NCBI GenBank assembly: GCA_050273025.1
Contig: CP158636.1
Span: 11,656,001-11,720,000, forward strand
Source of the DNA: Cenococcum geophilum
Taxonomy: Eukaryota
Direction: 5' to 3'
Length of the DNA stretch: 64,000 nt
Within the stretch, counting starts at the first letter, position 1; each line of letters begins with the position of its first letter. Below the pieces are notes generated by a model that had not been told where the DNA came from, did no database searches, and was given only the letters and a program-made list of their open reading frames with translations. Positions 9,495 to 22,446 of the stretch are shown in pieces. Made by a program: the position numbers and the translations under genes.

Positions 9495-11790
9495 TCAAGC
9501 ATTGCCACCAGCCGGCTCAGCGTCAGGCTTAGCCCACTTCTCAGGCTGGATCCACTTCTCAGGCTTCCCATCCATATGCATGTACATCACGAACGGACTT
9601 CTCGGCTCGGGTCCTGGAGCACGCATCGGCCACACTTCGAACTGGACTACCCGTGCAGCCCATGCAGTGAGAGCAGGCGTCCACGCCGAGGAGTGCCAAA
9701 TGGTATCATCCGGGAGCGCCCCAGCGGCAGTTTGGATTACGCCGTTGATATAGTCCAACGTTTCGTCCATTTCGCCATCCTCGAGTGGCTTTATATTGAA
9801 CAGTCTTTTGATGTCCTGAAACCAGAATCTAATGACGTATGCGTCCTGCGCTTGGCGGGCGTGGAGGTATGCAATACAAAGCCAGAGGATCCACACGACG
9901 TCTTCGCAGTCTTCGTCTTCCAACTGTTGGCGGTCTTCCGGGTCTACTAATGCTGCTCTAATGCCGACTAGGAAATCATGACATATAACTGGATCTTCAC
10001 GTCTTAGGACGGCTATCGCTTGGCTCGTATCTATTATAGTATAGTCGAGGAACCGTAATTTTGGCGAGGCCATCTGTTCCTGAAGGACCCAGGCGATTGG
10101 CTCTGTAACTGAGCGGAGGATCGCAAGTTGGCTGTCCCTGTATACCTTAGCGTGCTTTTGCTTTGTGTTCTTTGGCCCGAAGATGGGATTGGTCTCTAAG
10201 ATATAGTCCTGCTTCTTCCTTAGAGGAATGAGCAGCTGTCGCATTGTGGCAACAACGAGCCTTCCGCTAGGATTGGTGAAGTTAGAATCATCGGAATCTT
10301 TTCGACGAACGGCTAAGCAGGTCTCAAAGGATGCTCTGACCATGAGCGGCGGGATACCTCGGAGGCATGAAGCAAAATTCGAGTATCCGCCGGAGTAATG
10401 GTCGGCACCGCGGAGGTAGAGTGACACGTCAAATTGTTCGCTGTTTGTCTTAGAGCCAAGGACGTGTGTGACCCTTAGATTTTCTCGAACTTGAGGCATT
10501 AGACGGCCTAGCTTAATGGCGACTTCATCACAGGGATTGTTCGGGATGCAGAAACCATAACCCATGAGTACTATTGATTGAGTTAGCTTGGAGCATTAGT
10601 AGTGGTAAGAAGATACGAGATAGGTTGTAGCTCCGAGCTGACGAGAGCAGCCTGACTGGCGATGCTAAAGCGAGCTTGAGTTGGCACACACATTCTTCGT
10701 TGCTTTTAGCGCCATAGTTGTTCCAAATTTCCTTGCCTGCCTGGAGCGGCTCGGTGGTGCTGAGTGAGAAATTGCCATCGTCAAAATTCCAAGAAACTTT
10801 TGCGCCGCTTCGGTGGTTGAGACAATCGATGACGGGATAGAGAAGTGCGAAAGTTTCCACGCCAGGGAACGAAGAACTCGAAGTAAAGGCGCGTGAACTG
10901 AATATTGTAGCAGCCCACAGGTAAAAGTCCCTGTAATGGAGTTAATGACTAGTCAAAAATTATTTAGTTGAGTGTTAGTTAAGGGGTTAAATCCGACATA
11001 GAGCACCTTTACGAGCACAATCCTAAAAGGCCAAGTGACAATAACGACGATAAAAATAGTCTCACCATCTCACCACCGTCTTCACCTATTTTACGAGGCG
11101 GCAAAATAGGTTGAGGTCATTGCAGCTTGGTCATCTCAGAAGCGCAGGGCCGTTATCTCACATGTCTCTTCGCAAAACGGATAGAGGCATATAGAAACGT
11201 TACAAATGGAATTGCAGCCATTATTCTTACCAGGTATACTTTTGGGAGGCATTTAGCCCACGATTGTCCATTTCCATGCAGGCAACCGTCCACTCTTCCA
11301 TCCAGAGTGTACGCCTCGTATCTATTGCGTCGGATATATTGGTTCCCTGAACCCATCGCTTATCTTCCACTGAGAAATAGAGAGGCGTGCTCAGGCGGTC
11401 ATCTTCCTCCGTCAGAGGCAGACAGCTGATGTACGGTTCCCAAAAAGAATCGGGGCCAAGAAGGCGTTGCTCAATGAGAACGAAGCGAGAGAGAACGTGA
11501 TTAGGGATAACATCATGCAACAGTGTCAAATCCCCTGACACCTGTCGCACAAGATTCCTATTCTGGGCCCCATCTCGAGTAGTGTTTGAGGGCAGGGTAT
11601 TGAGATAGGAGAGGGTCAGGGATAAGGGACAAGTGCAAATGAGAGTTTCAGCAGGAGGGTTTTCAGTCTCCAGTATTGGAGCTCCACGCACGTGAATGCC
11701 ATTGGCTGGACTCTCTGTCAATTGTACACAAGGGCTCAGGTGGCCGCCTTCGGCAATGAACCATTCGCGAAGCTTGTCGCATCGAGACAT
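9495..11790 (-). CDS. SET-domain protein-lysine methyltransferase (Rkm/Efm1/SETD3-like, non-histone type), 3 exons: 11790-11231, 10930-10692, 10570-9495
   Basis: Motifs SFWEPYISCLP, YLWAATIFSSRAF, LYPVIDCLNH, EIWNNYGAKSNEELLMGYGF (after splicing); GT-AG introns keep the frame. Confidence 0.88.
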
Positions 11791-12780
11791 TGCTAACGGT
11801 CGAAAATAAGCGGACAAAAAGGGTTACAAATCCAAACTCGTCAGTTGTCAAGGCGCGCGGCAGGTGGCGGGTAGACAACAGCAGCTGAGGAGAAGAATTA
11901 ACACGAGCAGATGGGAACGCCGTCGGACAAAGAGAGCAGAAGTTGCAAGGCCACTGAGGCTCGCGCTGCAGCCGACTCCGAGCTCGCCGATGGTGGGGGT
12001 AGAGCTATCTAGCGGGACTTCTTCTTGGCAGCAAGGGAAAAGGATGCAAATAGTAACAGAATTGAGGGTTTGCTGCGAAGAAAGCGGCAATTTGCAGTGA
12101 ACTGCGAAGAGCTAGACAGTCAGGAGCTAAGCAGCTAAAAACAGCTAAACACGATACCTGGCCAACCTGGAGATCGACGGGGAAGCAGGAGCAAGTACAA
12201 CAGTGCTGCTGCTGCTGCTGCTGCGAAGGAAGAAATAAACCGAATGCGAAATTCGCGAATCCTACGGAGGGGCTTCGTTTAATTGCTTGATCGGGGAGAG
12301 ATAGAGATGTGGCAGCGGACATGCAGTGAGACGTTTGGGAAGTTACAGGGTGCAAGAAGCCGGAAGTTGGCGGATACAGACGACCCGCCATGAACGCCAC
12401 GAGCCATCTCATCAAGGTGGTGGTGGTGTAGATTCCCGTCAATTCCTGTCAATGCTCTTCACGTGCAGATGGGGCGGGATGCGGCTAACCTTCTTCCCCT
12501 AACAACCAATCTGATAAAATGCTTCCTGCCAATGGGCGTCTTCTAGCAGAAAAACCACGGAGGCCTGGATAAAATCATGAAGTCAGGCCTACAATGGGCA
12601 CGGATGGGCACGGATGGGTATGGATACCTGGCATTAGTGACCAATTAGGTGTCTCTCGTACCGAGACACGAGGCTCTTTTACGCACGAAGCCTCGCAGAT
12701 ATTGCTTAGACGGGGCAACCTGAGATGGTGGTGCCCTTGGCTGGCGCCATAGCGCAAAGTACTAGCTACCGGGCTGCCCA

Positions 12781-12820
12781 CCTGGCTACCTACCTAGCTA
12801 CCTACCTGGCTAGCTACCCA
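12781..12820. repeat. Short imperfect tandem repeat (CTACCTAG/CTACCTGG units)
   Basis: cctggctacctacctagctacctacctggctagctacc seen directly. Confidence 0.6.
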
Positions 12821-13467
12821 TCTTACCCACTTCCCCATGGCCTTTGTGGGATTACGGCCGTACGGGAAGTTTCAAATCCGAGCCCCGCCGACCAGCACTG
12901 GACCCTAAGCGACTCTGCCTTGTGCTCGTGTCGCCCAAGGGAGTGCCCGAGCAGCCGGCCACAAAGGATGTCAACTTGTACAAATGAAATAGCGCGGCCT
13001 TTGGGCACGGCGCGCGAATATACAGGCCTGCGGGAGCATTTCATATCTACTATCCACTATCCACCATCTGCTCTTCCTCTCTTCTCCCACCCCTCGCGGC
13101 CCGCTTTTCCTATTCCCTCTCCCCAGCATCCGCATTGCCGGTTCTATTTAGGCGCGTGTTGGGCCAGCGTCTGTGGCTGAAGTCCGAGGTCTTCCCTCTT
13201 AGCGTCAGCCTTGTCAGAAAATAGACGAACCCAAGCAACCAAAGCAGCCGAGCGTCAAGGCCCGAAAAAGCTCCCTCGAACAAAAGCCAAGCGCTGCCCC
13301 GGAAGGGGACGGCAGGCCTTGGCTCCAACCTTCAGCTCAGTATTATTAACATCTTGCTGGCAGCCAGACGGTGTTCCACCATCATTCCTGTGAAGAGGAC
13401 ATGAACCGCCATCATCGACGCCTGCTTGGTCTCGCCTTACCTCCCCGACCTGGCGAGAGGTGAAACC

Positions 13468-15366
13468 ATGTTTTTGAGCATGTTGACAGCAGATGCAGCC
13501 GCTCAACATGGCCATGAATTCTCACCACCGCGCGCCTCCTCTCCTTCCAATGGCTCCCCGTTGACTCGCTCCCCTCTGTCCATCCTCACTCCTTCCGCAT
13601 GGAGGCCGACTTCACCTGCTACCCCCTTGTCCCTGCCTCCGAGCGTGCTGAAGCCTGCCGCCTCTCCTGATACTATTTCTAGGAACCAAAAGACTATAGC
13701 GTTTGCTAAGCCCGAGGCTTTTCCCACAACCTCCTCTGAACATTCAAGACCGCCTTCGTCTAGCAGTATATGCTCGTCCGAAGGGAAACCTAAGAAACGC
13801 CATTCTCGTTCCAAAACCACCTACAACCTCGCACATCCTCCCCCGCCGACAGCTCCCAGGCAAAAGCTCCACCTAAGACCAAAAGTACTTCTCCAGCTGC
13901 AACAGGTCGTGCCATCTAGTCGTCCTAAACCCGCGTATGAAGTCATTCCGTCCTCTGTTTTCGTGCCAAGACTAGCAAGGAAGTTTGCTCGAGTGTTCAA
14001 GTCAAAAGACAAACTAGGACCTGCTGATATACTAGTCGTGAAAGCGGAGGACTATGGACCTGTCGAGGACGAAGAGAGCTCTGATGACGAGCGCTGGGGT
14101 AATCGGGAGGTAATCGGTGTGGTTTGCGCTGGAAAGAAGGATGAAATATTGATGGATGATGGTTCAAGCTGGGAAGCATCAACGTTGCCAAACGGTGGTT
14201 ACGAGTTTGTCTTCACAGACGAACATGGTTTGAAACTCAAGTGCCGATGGGTAGCTCGAATGTCCCAAATCAGGCGGTCCTCTGGCATGTCTGGAACATC
14301 TCAGGGCTATCCATCCAATCCGCCGACTGAAGAAAAGAAGTTTAACTTCAGCACCATCAGTCCAGACTCGAGGCGCCATCCCATTATCGCGACTATGACC
14401 CGCACCAGTATTGATGTACTCGACTACTACTCAATGCCCTCCGCCTCATCATCCATTCACCCTCCCGCGTCTCCTATCCACACCCCCGCGCAAACTCCCT
14501 CTGCAATGTCGGACGCCGGCTCATTCATAGAAGCTATTGAGCTTACCGCAGAGAGATCTCAAATCAAGACTGAAGATGCCCTACGCAAATTCATAATCGT
14601 ATCCGGCATCTGGGTCGCCTTCCGCGAGAACTGGTCTAACGTCTTCAACTATGCTAGATGTGGCACCAACCCCACGTTGTCCACCAACGGCCATAAATCG
14701 CGCCCCTCAGGCCCTACCCGCGCCGTCTCCATGCCCGCCATCAACACAGCACCGACATCGCGCTCCTCCACCCCCGACGAGAACCGCCGCACTCTCCCGC
14801 AGCTCCTCCGCAACAGCACGCAGATCCTGCACCGCAGCTCCCCCAGCTCCACGCTCTCGCCCTTGACCCCAGCACCCTCCGCCGCCTCCTCGCCCACCGC
14901 AGCGCCCAAGACGCGCTCCTGCCGCTCCAACTCCACCGGCACGGCCTTCGTCCGGCGCAACCGCAGCGCGAACCGCACGCGCTCCGGCCTGCCCCTCGAG
15001 GATCAGTCGCTCGCAGAGAGCGGGAATGAGCGCGAGCGCGAAATCAGCGCCGAGCTGGCCCGCAGCAACCCCGTCTCGCGCCAGCTCCCCGCGCACGCCC
15101 GGCACCGACCCGACCCGCCGCCCATCCGCATCGCGGCCGCGACGCCCGAGGCGTCGCCCACGCCGTCGCCCACGTACCGCGAGAAGGCGTACTTGGCGCA
15201 GTATCACGTCGACACCACGGCGGGGCTGTGGGACTCGGGCGAGCCGGAGCAGTCGCGGAGTCTGGTTGTGGAGGGGGAGGGCCAAGGGCCGGAGAAGGGC
15301 GCGAAGAGGAAGAGCGGGCGGTTCAGACGCTTTTTTGGGATATTTAGACGAGGGAACGGTGGATAA
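13468..15366 (+). CDS. Ser/Pro-rich hypothetical protein with a central globular region
   Basis: Uninterrupted ORF of about 632 codons from the first ATG (13468); ordered segment LHLRPKVLLQLQQ...KFNFSTISPDSRRHPIIATM...IVSGIWVAFRENWS. Confidence 0.8.
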   Translation: MFLSMLTADAAAQHGHEFSPPRASSPSNGSPLTRSPLSILTPSAWRPTSPATPLSLPPSVLKPAASPDTISRNQKTIAFAKPEAFPTTSSEHSRPPSSSSICSSEGKPKKRHSRSKTTYNLAHPPPPTAPRQKLHLRPKVLLQLQQVVPSSRPKPAYEVIPSSVFVPRLARKFARVFKSKDKLGPADILVVKAEDYGPVEDEESSDDERWGNREVIGVVCAGKKDEILMDDGSSWEASTLPNGGYEFVFTDEHGLKLKCRWVARMSQIRRSSGMSGTSQGYPSNPPTEEKKFNFSTISPDSRRHPIIATMTRTSIDVLDYYSMPSASSSIHPPASPIHTPAQTPSAMSDAGSFIEAIELTAERSQIKTEDALRKFIIVSGIWVAFRENWSNVFNYARCGTNPTLSTNGHKSRPSGPTRAVSMPAINTAPTSRSSTPDENRRTLPQLLRNSTQILHRSSPSSTLSPLTPAPSAASSPTAAPKTRSCRSNSTGTAFVRRNRSANRTRSGLPLEDQSLAESGNEREREISAELARSNPVSRQLPAHARHRPDPPPIRIAAATPEASPTPSPTYREKAYLAQYHVDTTAGLWDSGEPEQSRSLVVEGEGQGPEKGAKRKSGRFRRFFGIFRRGNGG

Positions 15367-18300
15367 GGTTTCCCCTTTATCCTCTCACATCTCACACAGC
15401 ATACGCATTTCTTGTAGATTTCGGGTTCGGTGCTACGGCCGCGCTTTTTTTTTACCCTAAAAGACAACCCGCCACATGGCCCTCGTCTTTTCTCTCCCGC
15501 TCTCCGCTATTTCCTTTTTCTTCTCCACTGCATCGGTCCCGTCTGGGCACCATTGGCGTTTCGGCGTGCGTTCCTCCCTCCCTCTCCAGCGATGCTCTCG
15601 CGCTCGCTCGTCTTCTCTGCTCTGCTCTACTCTCCTACCTCTCTTATTCCCAAGCCAGCGATGTTCGAACTCACTCACCTACCCACCATTGGGCGGCGCG
15701 AAAAGGCGTGTGGTCTAAAGGCTCGTGGCCACGAGCACGGTGCTTTGTTTTGTTTTATTTGTTTTACTTTGTTTCCCCCTTTTTTTTTTTTTGATTGGAA
15801 CCCTGTTTTATCTCACCGCTTTTTGCTGAGGGGTCTGATTCCGGCGCGTGGAATGGGCTGGCTACGGGTGCCGCTAGATGGGCATTTTCTTTGCTTTTGG
15901 ACCGTTAGGGCTTTTCAGGGTGTGTGCGTGTTCAGAGGCAGTGCGTGCAGGATCTGTATGAATAGGGGGTTGAAGGAAGTTTAGTAGCCCGATCTAGTAG
16001 CACAATCGAAGAAGAATATTGCAAACAATACCTTGACTGTTGAGTTCTGTTGCTGTGGGTGACTGGTCGCGTGAAATCGCGAGTTAGTGTAGGAGGAAGA
16101 CTTTATCCATGAGCAGGGAGGGGGGGCAAGTCATGTTTCTATGGAGAGCAGTGAAGATGTCCTGAAGACATACACGAAGTCGAGCACCTCATTGCGGACA
16201 TCACAAGGCCGTGAGATTGGGTGAAAGTGAGTTAAGAGTCGTCATGTCCGCCGAAAGCCAGGTTTTTGGATAGAAAGTATGATTGAGGGAAAGGCATAGA
16301 TAGGCTTGCACTGAGGCACTGCATAGAATGGCACGGCACGGCACGGCGGACAGATGCATCGCCGACTGGCATCTTGAAAGCAGATATTGCGGCAGCGCCT
16401 GTGATGCCGCATCGTGATACCGTATTGAGTAAGAAGTTTATACAGATCGTTAGGTGGGGTCGAGATAATTCTGATAATTGCTCTTGCAGATACAAACGGA
16501 CACGCCGACACGATTGCTAAACTTCCCTTATTGCGGAATCGGCAGGCCATCTGGGTCTGGGCTTTTCCATGGTAAGTTATGGGATCATGCCGTGACACCG
16601 CTAGAGTCCGTGGCTTAATGAAGAGAGTAGCAATGCCGTATAGCCGCTCTCAATTGCATTTTTGGAATGGTGCACCCAATGGATATGCGGTATCCGTTCA
16701 GTCCTGCGGTGGATATGGAGTCGGCGCTTGCCAGTGAGCTTGAGCTTGAGCTTGAGCCTGAGCTATCGTGATGTTGTGGTGTGAACGGAGATTGAGGTGA
16801 GTCGGCGTCGGCGAAAAACTGCCGATTTGCCGATTTTTCCTTCAACATCTAGAAACATTTCGCTGTCCGAACAAAGTTCCAAGGTTATGTCAGATGATCT
16901 GGGTCGCTTGAATAATCTTGCCATATGAACAGCACATTGCGGTCCAGGGATCTATGGGATTTGCGGAGGGGTTCTCGCGGTTGGTTCTGCAGTACCGGCA
17001 TCGTTTCCTATCAAGGGTATCGTCGTTGATGCGTGATGAATCCTTCACACAGACATATTCCTCATAACCCGAGGAGCTTCACCGAGTATCGCATTGCCTA
17101 CCTAGCACCGGGGTTAATATTCACCGCTTCTTCTGCATAATGCGTTGGACTTTCGAGGCTTAGGACCCTGTCGCTCGTTTAGTTTCCGGGTTAGCAGTCT
17201 TTAACGAGCAGGTACGAGCATAGTGTAGCTAACGCGGGGGAAAGATCTTCTAAAAAGAGTATTTTGGACCCCAATGCTTGATTACTTGTTCGGAGCATTT
17301 CATGGCTTATTTTCCCCCGTGTTTGTAGTGCCCCATACCCATGTTTTATTTATTGGCTTCACAAGGTTGGGACGCGGAGGGATCACCAACGTTTCCAGGG
17401 ATATCTTTCAAAGCTTGGCGAGTTGAGTGCACGAGGCCGAAGATCTGGAAGCTCGCTATCGAGGTGTGGCTTAGCTGTTTGGTGCCTGGCAGCCTTACTT
17501 CATCGATCTAGGTCGCTCCTTAGTAGTCCCAGTGATGTCTATATGAAATAGATTTGAAGCCTCCAGAAGTCTACCTGTCCTGCAGATGCGCACTAGTACT
17601 ATAGAATATGGATCTTTCTTAAGGCGAAGTCAAAATAGCGGTCATGTAGTGACGCTTGGTTAAGGCAAATGTTGCACCGTCGGTGTTGCCGAAGGGAAGG
17701 GTGGAGGATCAACATAATAACATTGCGCTGTTGATCTAGCGAAAACTAAACCTCTTTGAAGGAGTCTTTGCGGCGCAGATCTGCTCATGTGTGGATCACA
17801 ACCACTCGACGCTGCGTTCAGTGATCAAAGCGCATTGAAGATGTCTGGGCTCAAAGGTGAAGGATGCGGCTCTACCAACAATACTCTCCGTGCGGCGAAG
17901 ATAATATCTTTCGTTAGCCAGTGATCTAGCAATGCCTGAATGGCAGGGTGTATCACCGACGCATTCCATGTTGCGAATTGACCGGGCGTTTGAGATGAGG
18001 TACATGTAAAAACCATACACACCTGCGAGATGGAGGTAAGCAAGGAGCCACTAACAACATAATACTGGCGGGCCTGATAAGCACAGATGTTTGTAATGAA
18101 GAGGTTGGTAACCATGAAGATGGAACGACTCCGCCGTAAACGTGCAGAAGGATTTCTTTCGTCAGAATGTATGGCGGTGCTTCATCAAAGAAACATCCGG
18201 AAGTAACAGAATATGATGCTCGTGCAAGGATAGTGTTTTGTCAATATCGCTAAACGTTTGAACTGGACTGTGTTCAGGAAGTAGAAGCTGTCTGAGCTTC

Positions 18301-19714
18301 AAGAATGACGAATATGAACGACTCCGCCACAACGCTTGATGAGATACACAGCTGAAGGCAACTCTAATGATCTGGGGGCGAAAGTACGCGTAGGGACTTG
18401 AGAAACCCTAGGGCTTGCTCTAAAACAGTGCCGCTGAAACGCCAACGTCTTCAACTGGCCACCGTGGCATCATGTTAAGAAACATTCTGCGAATGGCATT
18501 CATGGAACAGAATGGATTTGGAAATGTCATGATAACGTGACTTTCAGGATGCTTCTGGATTTAGCGCTACGAAAATCGAAACAGAGCTATGATAAAGACA
18601 GTAAACCGGTCGGAGTAGCACCAGCGCTTTCGTTGCTGGGTACAGTGTTGGTGAGCTAAGATTAGGTAACCATGGAGAGGCTATTGTGGAGTGCGTCGTC
18701 CGGTGAAGCGCAGTCAATGACGCAGTTGGACAAGATCTGAAAACCTGAATTGTAATCATAGCATAAACAACGGTAAACCCTTTGAAGCAATGCGGTAGAT
18801 TGTATGCAGAGGGACGTGCTCCAGATTGCGCGTGGCTCCACAAACAATGTAATTAACCATGGCGGCGCTTTGATGTTTGTTGGTAAGTAAGCAGGCCCAT
18901 GGCTCTTCTTCGTGCGCCCACAGCCTCATCAGGGCGAGTCGCTCGGGAAGCTATTCTGAGTAACCAATTCGTTTGGGGTTTGTGGTGGAACGGCCGAAAG
19001 TCAAGCCCTTAGGAGCCAGCGCAGGGATGTGTGCAACCCGATCCGAGGCCCGGCGGCTGCCGGGCGGATAGGGACATTAGCAAAAGGGCAGGCGCGACGG
19101 CGATCCCGAAATAGCCAAGTCTCTGGGCGGGTTCCAGACAGTCTTGTCGGTGCTGTGTTTGTTATGTTTGCGGGCGTCTGAAGTGCTTCCAGAAGGTTGA
19201 GGGTGTTTGTTCTAGGAGAAGATGTCCGGAGGCAGTGCAGCGCTTCATGAAGGGCCCCGAAACCAGTACTGTATTCCTCAACGATTGGAAAATACAGGGC
19301 ATTGCGCATAGAGATTGCATGGTAGGATGCAGCCCTCGAGATGATCTGTTCTTGTGAGCTGAGGCCCGCGTGGTTGCAGTTCATCCATCATGCTCAACAC
19401 CATCTGTCCAAAGACGATGGTCATCCAGCAAATGTTGAAACATTTGTTTGCGTGACCAGTGGCCAATAGCACTGCCCCAAGGCCTTACGAATGGATGGCG
19501 ACGTGCCTGGACCGAGCAACTGCCGAGCAGCCGACTGCGACCTCAAGGTGGACTGCTGGCGGACCATAGCGGGTGATTGGCTTGGCAGGATGATCGCAAA
19601 GTTTTTGGTGGTGGGGGGTTCTGGATGCACCATCTGCAAATCTGCACTCCAGCTCAGCCACTGCTTTTGGCCACAAAGCCGGCTAAACATCCCCTTTGTA
19701 CGCTGCGGCCCAAG

Positions 19715-19754
19715 ACGCGTTGCCCTTCTCAGCTCCAGGGTTGCACACACGCGT
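19715..19754. promoter_or_regulatory. Two MCB-like elements (ACGCGT) upstream of the cyclin gene
   Basis: ACGCGT at 19715-19720 and 19749-19754, about 1.6 kb upstream of the cyclin ATG; function inferred. Confidence 0.3.
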
Positions 19755-21330
19755 CCGTCGTGGTGCATCAGGCCCATCGTGACCCATCGTTAAGGCAAAG
19801 TGCCACATCTGGGGACAGCCAGATCGCATGGGCCTGCCCAAAGGCGGGATCAGCCACACTTTGTTTTTGGTGCGACTCGCATCTCCGGGGTTTGGGCAAC
19901 GATGGCTGGCGAGGCTGGTGAAGCCTGCGAAAATTTTCTGGGTGCCGTCCATCCGCGCATCAGCTCAACTGATCGCTTGACCGGGCATTCGTCACTCGTC
20001 GCGATGGCGAAGTCCGGCTATCGTAGGGCATGCATTGTGGCAGGCGATGGCAGGGAGAGATATATCATTCCAGTCGCTGGTGTTTGTCGTGGTTCATTGC
20101 TATTCATCAGATCTGCACTATTCTCCCGCCCCATATTATTGCAACCAGCACAGCAAGAGTCACCTAGATCTGCTGTCAATCCAGCCACCGCTGCCCACCA
20201 CTGCCCACCGCTACTATTACTACTGCCATGACTCCTATGTGCAGAGTGTAACAGAACCACAAATTTCTTCCCAGAACGCAACGCTACCAAAATCCGACAC
20301 ACCTCCTCGCATCGCAGATTCTTTGTTGCTGCAGAAGCCTTGCAGCAACGGCATGTTCTAAAACGAAACCACTTCTCCCTCAAAACACAGACCCCCAGCA
20401 GAACGCTGATATTGGCCGCAAGCCGCCGTTCGAAATAGCCCCTGCAAACCCAAAAACTAAGACTACAAACTCGTTGGTCGTCAAGGCCGGCCAGCTTGAA
20501 ACACACTTCTCCCAGATTGTCCTCTGGTGGCTCTGCACGAAATACCCAGGCATTCTGAGACAGCCAGTCGTCGCTTGTCACCGAGTTTGGGCTGCCGCGC
20601 GACCAAGCGAATTCGCTGCTGATTGGGCCTAAAGAAACCATTCCTCGACAGGCACCCCACCCCCATCTCTCTTGCGGTTGAGCAGCATTTCCCAAGGGGT
20701 GTAGGATAAGTATCCTCGCCTCTGCCGCTCAGAGAACGCCTATTCCATCACTACAAGTCATTGCCCTTCAGCTCCTTCATTCGACCCTAGTTTTTTTGCG
20801 GAGGCACGCCTATCCCGTATTTTCTATTCCACAGCCAGGCACAGCCCTCGGCGTATTCAACCTCACCAAACCGTCTTCCACCCGACCAGGCAGTGCCTAC
20901 CCTACTCCGCACCCCAGGCATTCTTTAACGTTTTTTTTCCGGTCTTTAATCATTATATCTGAGCTCTCCGCTGGTCGGAAAGTCGCAACTTAATTTATTC
21001 CGATCTCTGACCTGCACCCTCGGACCCTAACCGCGGACGTACAGCCCCGGACTCAGCTTACCTGCCACTCAACTGCACGGAACCTTACCGACCATCTTGG
21101 ATCCGCCTCGTTGGGCTTAATCTAATAAAGAAAAAATATCTGCCTGTCGAATATTTGTTTTTCAGAGCATTCCATCTGAAATTCGCCTATTGTCACCACT
21201 ATCCTGCTGTGCCTCATTCACCCACAAGCCACATCAATAGGTCCCTTCCTATTGTACAACCCTTGGCTAAACGTCAAGCATCTTAAGAATCTCACTTCCC
21301 CCCACCAACAACTCGTCACACTCACTCGCC

Positions 21331-22446
21331 ATGGCCTACTCAGCACCCACCACTACGCAGAACAGGGCTGCATTAGATTACTTCATCCAACTACCTGTCT
21401 CGGCAGACATGATCAGCTATCTCGCACAGAAGGCTACTCAAGTCATCAGGTGTGAGCAGGTTCCTCAACTCAACAAGAACCTTCCACCGACACCACCAAC
21501 GACACCTCCCCAGCATACTGCCCAGTTCGCCCGGGAAGCGCCTCTGCCTACTGTCGAAGCTTTCATTACCTCCCTCGTGGAAAGGTCACATGTTCAAGTT
21601 CCAACCCTCATGACCTCTCTCGTCTACCTCAACCGACTAAAATCTCGCCTGCCTCCTGTTGCTAAGGGCATGCGATGCACTGTCCACCGGATCTTCCTAG
21701 CTTCTCTCATCCTCGCCGCCAAGAACCTTAACGACTCTTCACCAAAGAACAAGCACTGGGCAAGGTACAGTGCTGTTCGCGGTTTCGAAAACTTCGGCTT
21801 CTCAATCACCGAGGTCAATCTTATGGAGAAGCAGCTTCTTTTCCTCCTCGACTGGGATCTCCGGATCAACCCCGAAGATCTCTACCAACACCTCGAACCC
21901 TTCTTGGCTCCCATCCGCATCCACCAGGCTCGCCAAGCGGAGAAGGCACGCCTAGCTCAGAAGGAGAAGGAAGTCCTTGCTCAGCAACAGTATGCTCTTA
22001 CCATTGAGAATTTCCACCGCTCTCGCCTCGACGTGTCTGCCTACGACTCCCCCAAGTCATTCTCATCTTACGCTATTGAGCAGCAGAGGTTACGAGCGTA
22101 CCCAACTCCATCTTCATCTTCACGTGCTCCTTCGCGGACCCCTTCCCTCTCGCCTCCTCTCCGATCTTCGGCAGTTTCATCCACAGACTCTGTCTCGAGC
22201 GGCTCTCCTGTGAGCTTTACTGAAGAGCCTGAAGAGGCACTCGTGCAACGCTATGACGCCGACAGTGGCGCAATGCTCGTGCACATTCAAGCACCCGCTT
22301 CTGCACAGAAGCCCGAGCATCGATTGCCTCTTGAACGGTATGAAGAGAAGCCTGCAAAAAAGGTGAAGACCTCCACTGGAGGCTTCTTCAACCGGGTTTT
22401 TGGCTCAGCTGGAGCTTACTCTGGACGCAGTCAACCTGCCTATTAA
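21331..22446 (+). CDS. Pho85-type G1/S cyclin (Pcl1/Pcl2 family, pclA-like)
   Basis: Cyclin box: SLVERSHVQVPTLMTSLVYLNRL, CTVHRIFLASLILAAKNLNDSSPKNKHWARY, FSITEVNLMEKQLLFLLDWDL. Confidence 0.93.
   Translation: MAYSAPTTTQNRAALDYFIQLPVSADMISYLAQKATQVIRCEQVPQLNKNLPPTPPTTPPQHTAQFAREAPLPTVEAFITSLVERSHVQVPTLMTSLVYLNRLKSRLPPVAKGMRCTVHRIFLASLILAAKNLNDSSPKNKHWARYSAVRGFENFGFSITEVNLMEKQLLFLLDWDLRINPEDLYQHLEPFLAPIRIHQARQAEKARLAQKEKEVLAQQQYALTIENFHRSRLDVSAYDSPKSFSSYAIEQQRLRAYPTPSSSSRAPSRTPSLSPPLRSSAVSSTDSVSSGSPVSFTEEPEEALVQRYDADSGAMLVHIQAPASAQKPEHRLPLERYEEKPAKKVKTSTGGFFNRVFGSAGAYSGRSQPAY

Noticed and set aside
10970..11035. U5-like loop (GCCTTTTA) or telomerase template-like sequence on the minus strand
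   Set aside because: The matches are imperfect and lack supporting flanking structure.
11120..11160. CTGAGA motif in the SET-gene intron as a TPP riboswitch
   Set aside because: The downstream conserved core (ATAC...CTTGAT...GATAAT...GCG) is absent and the host is not a thiamine gene.
14649..15460. Long antisense and alternate-frame ORFs
   Set aside because: Shadows of the GC-rich 3' part of the 13468-15366 CDS.
16736..16764. (GAGCTT)n run here, and (CTG)n near 12205
   Set aside because: Ordinary microsatellites.
17796..18330. Minus-strand ORF fragments and a 13-bp direct repeat GAACGACTCCGCC
   Set aside because: No recognisable domain or splice structure; could be chance.
19001..20695. 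Many overlapping 100-225 aa ORFs upstream of the cyclin
   Set aside because: GC-rich promoter or leader sequence with no protein-like composition or motifs.
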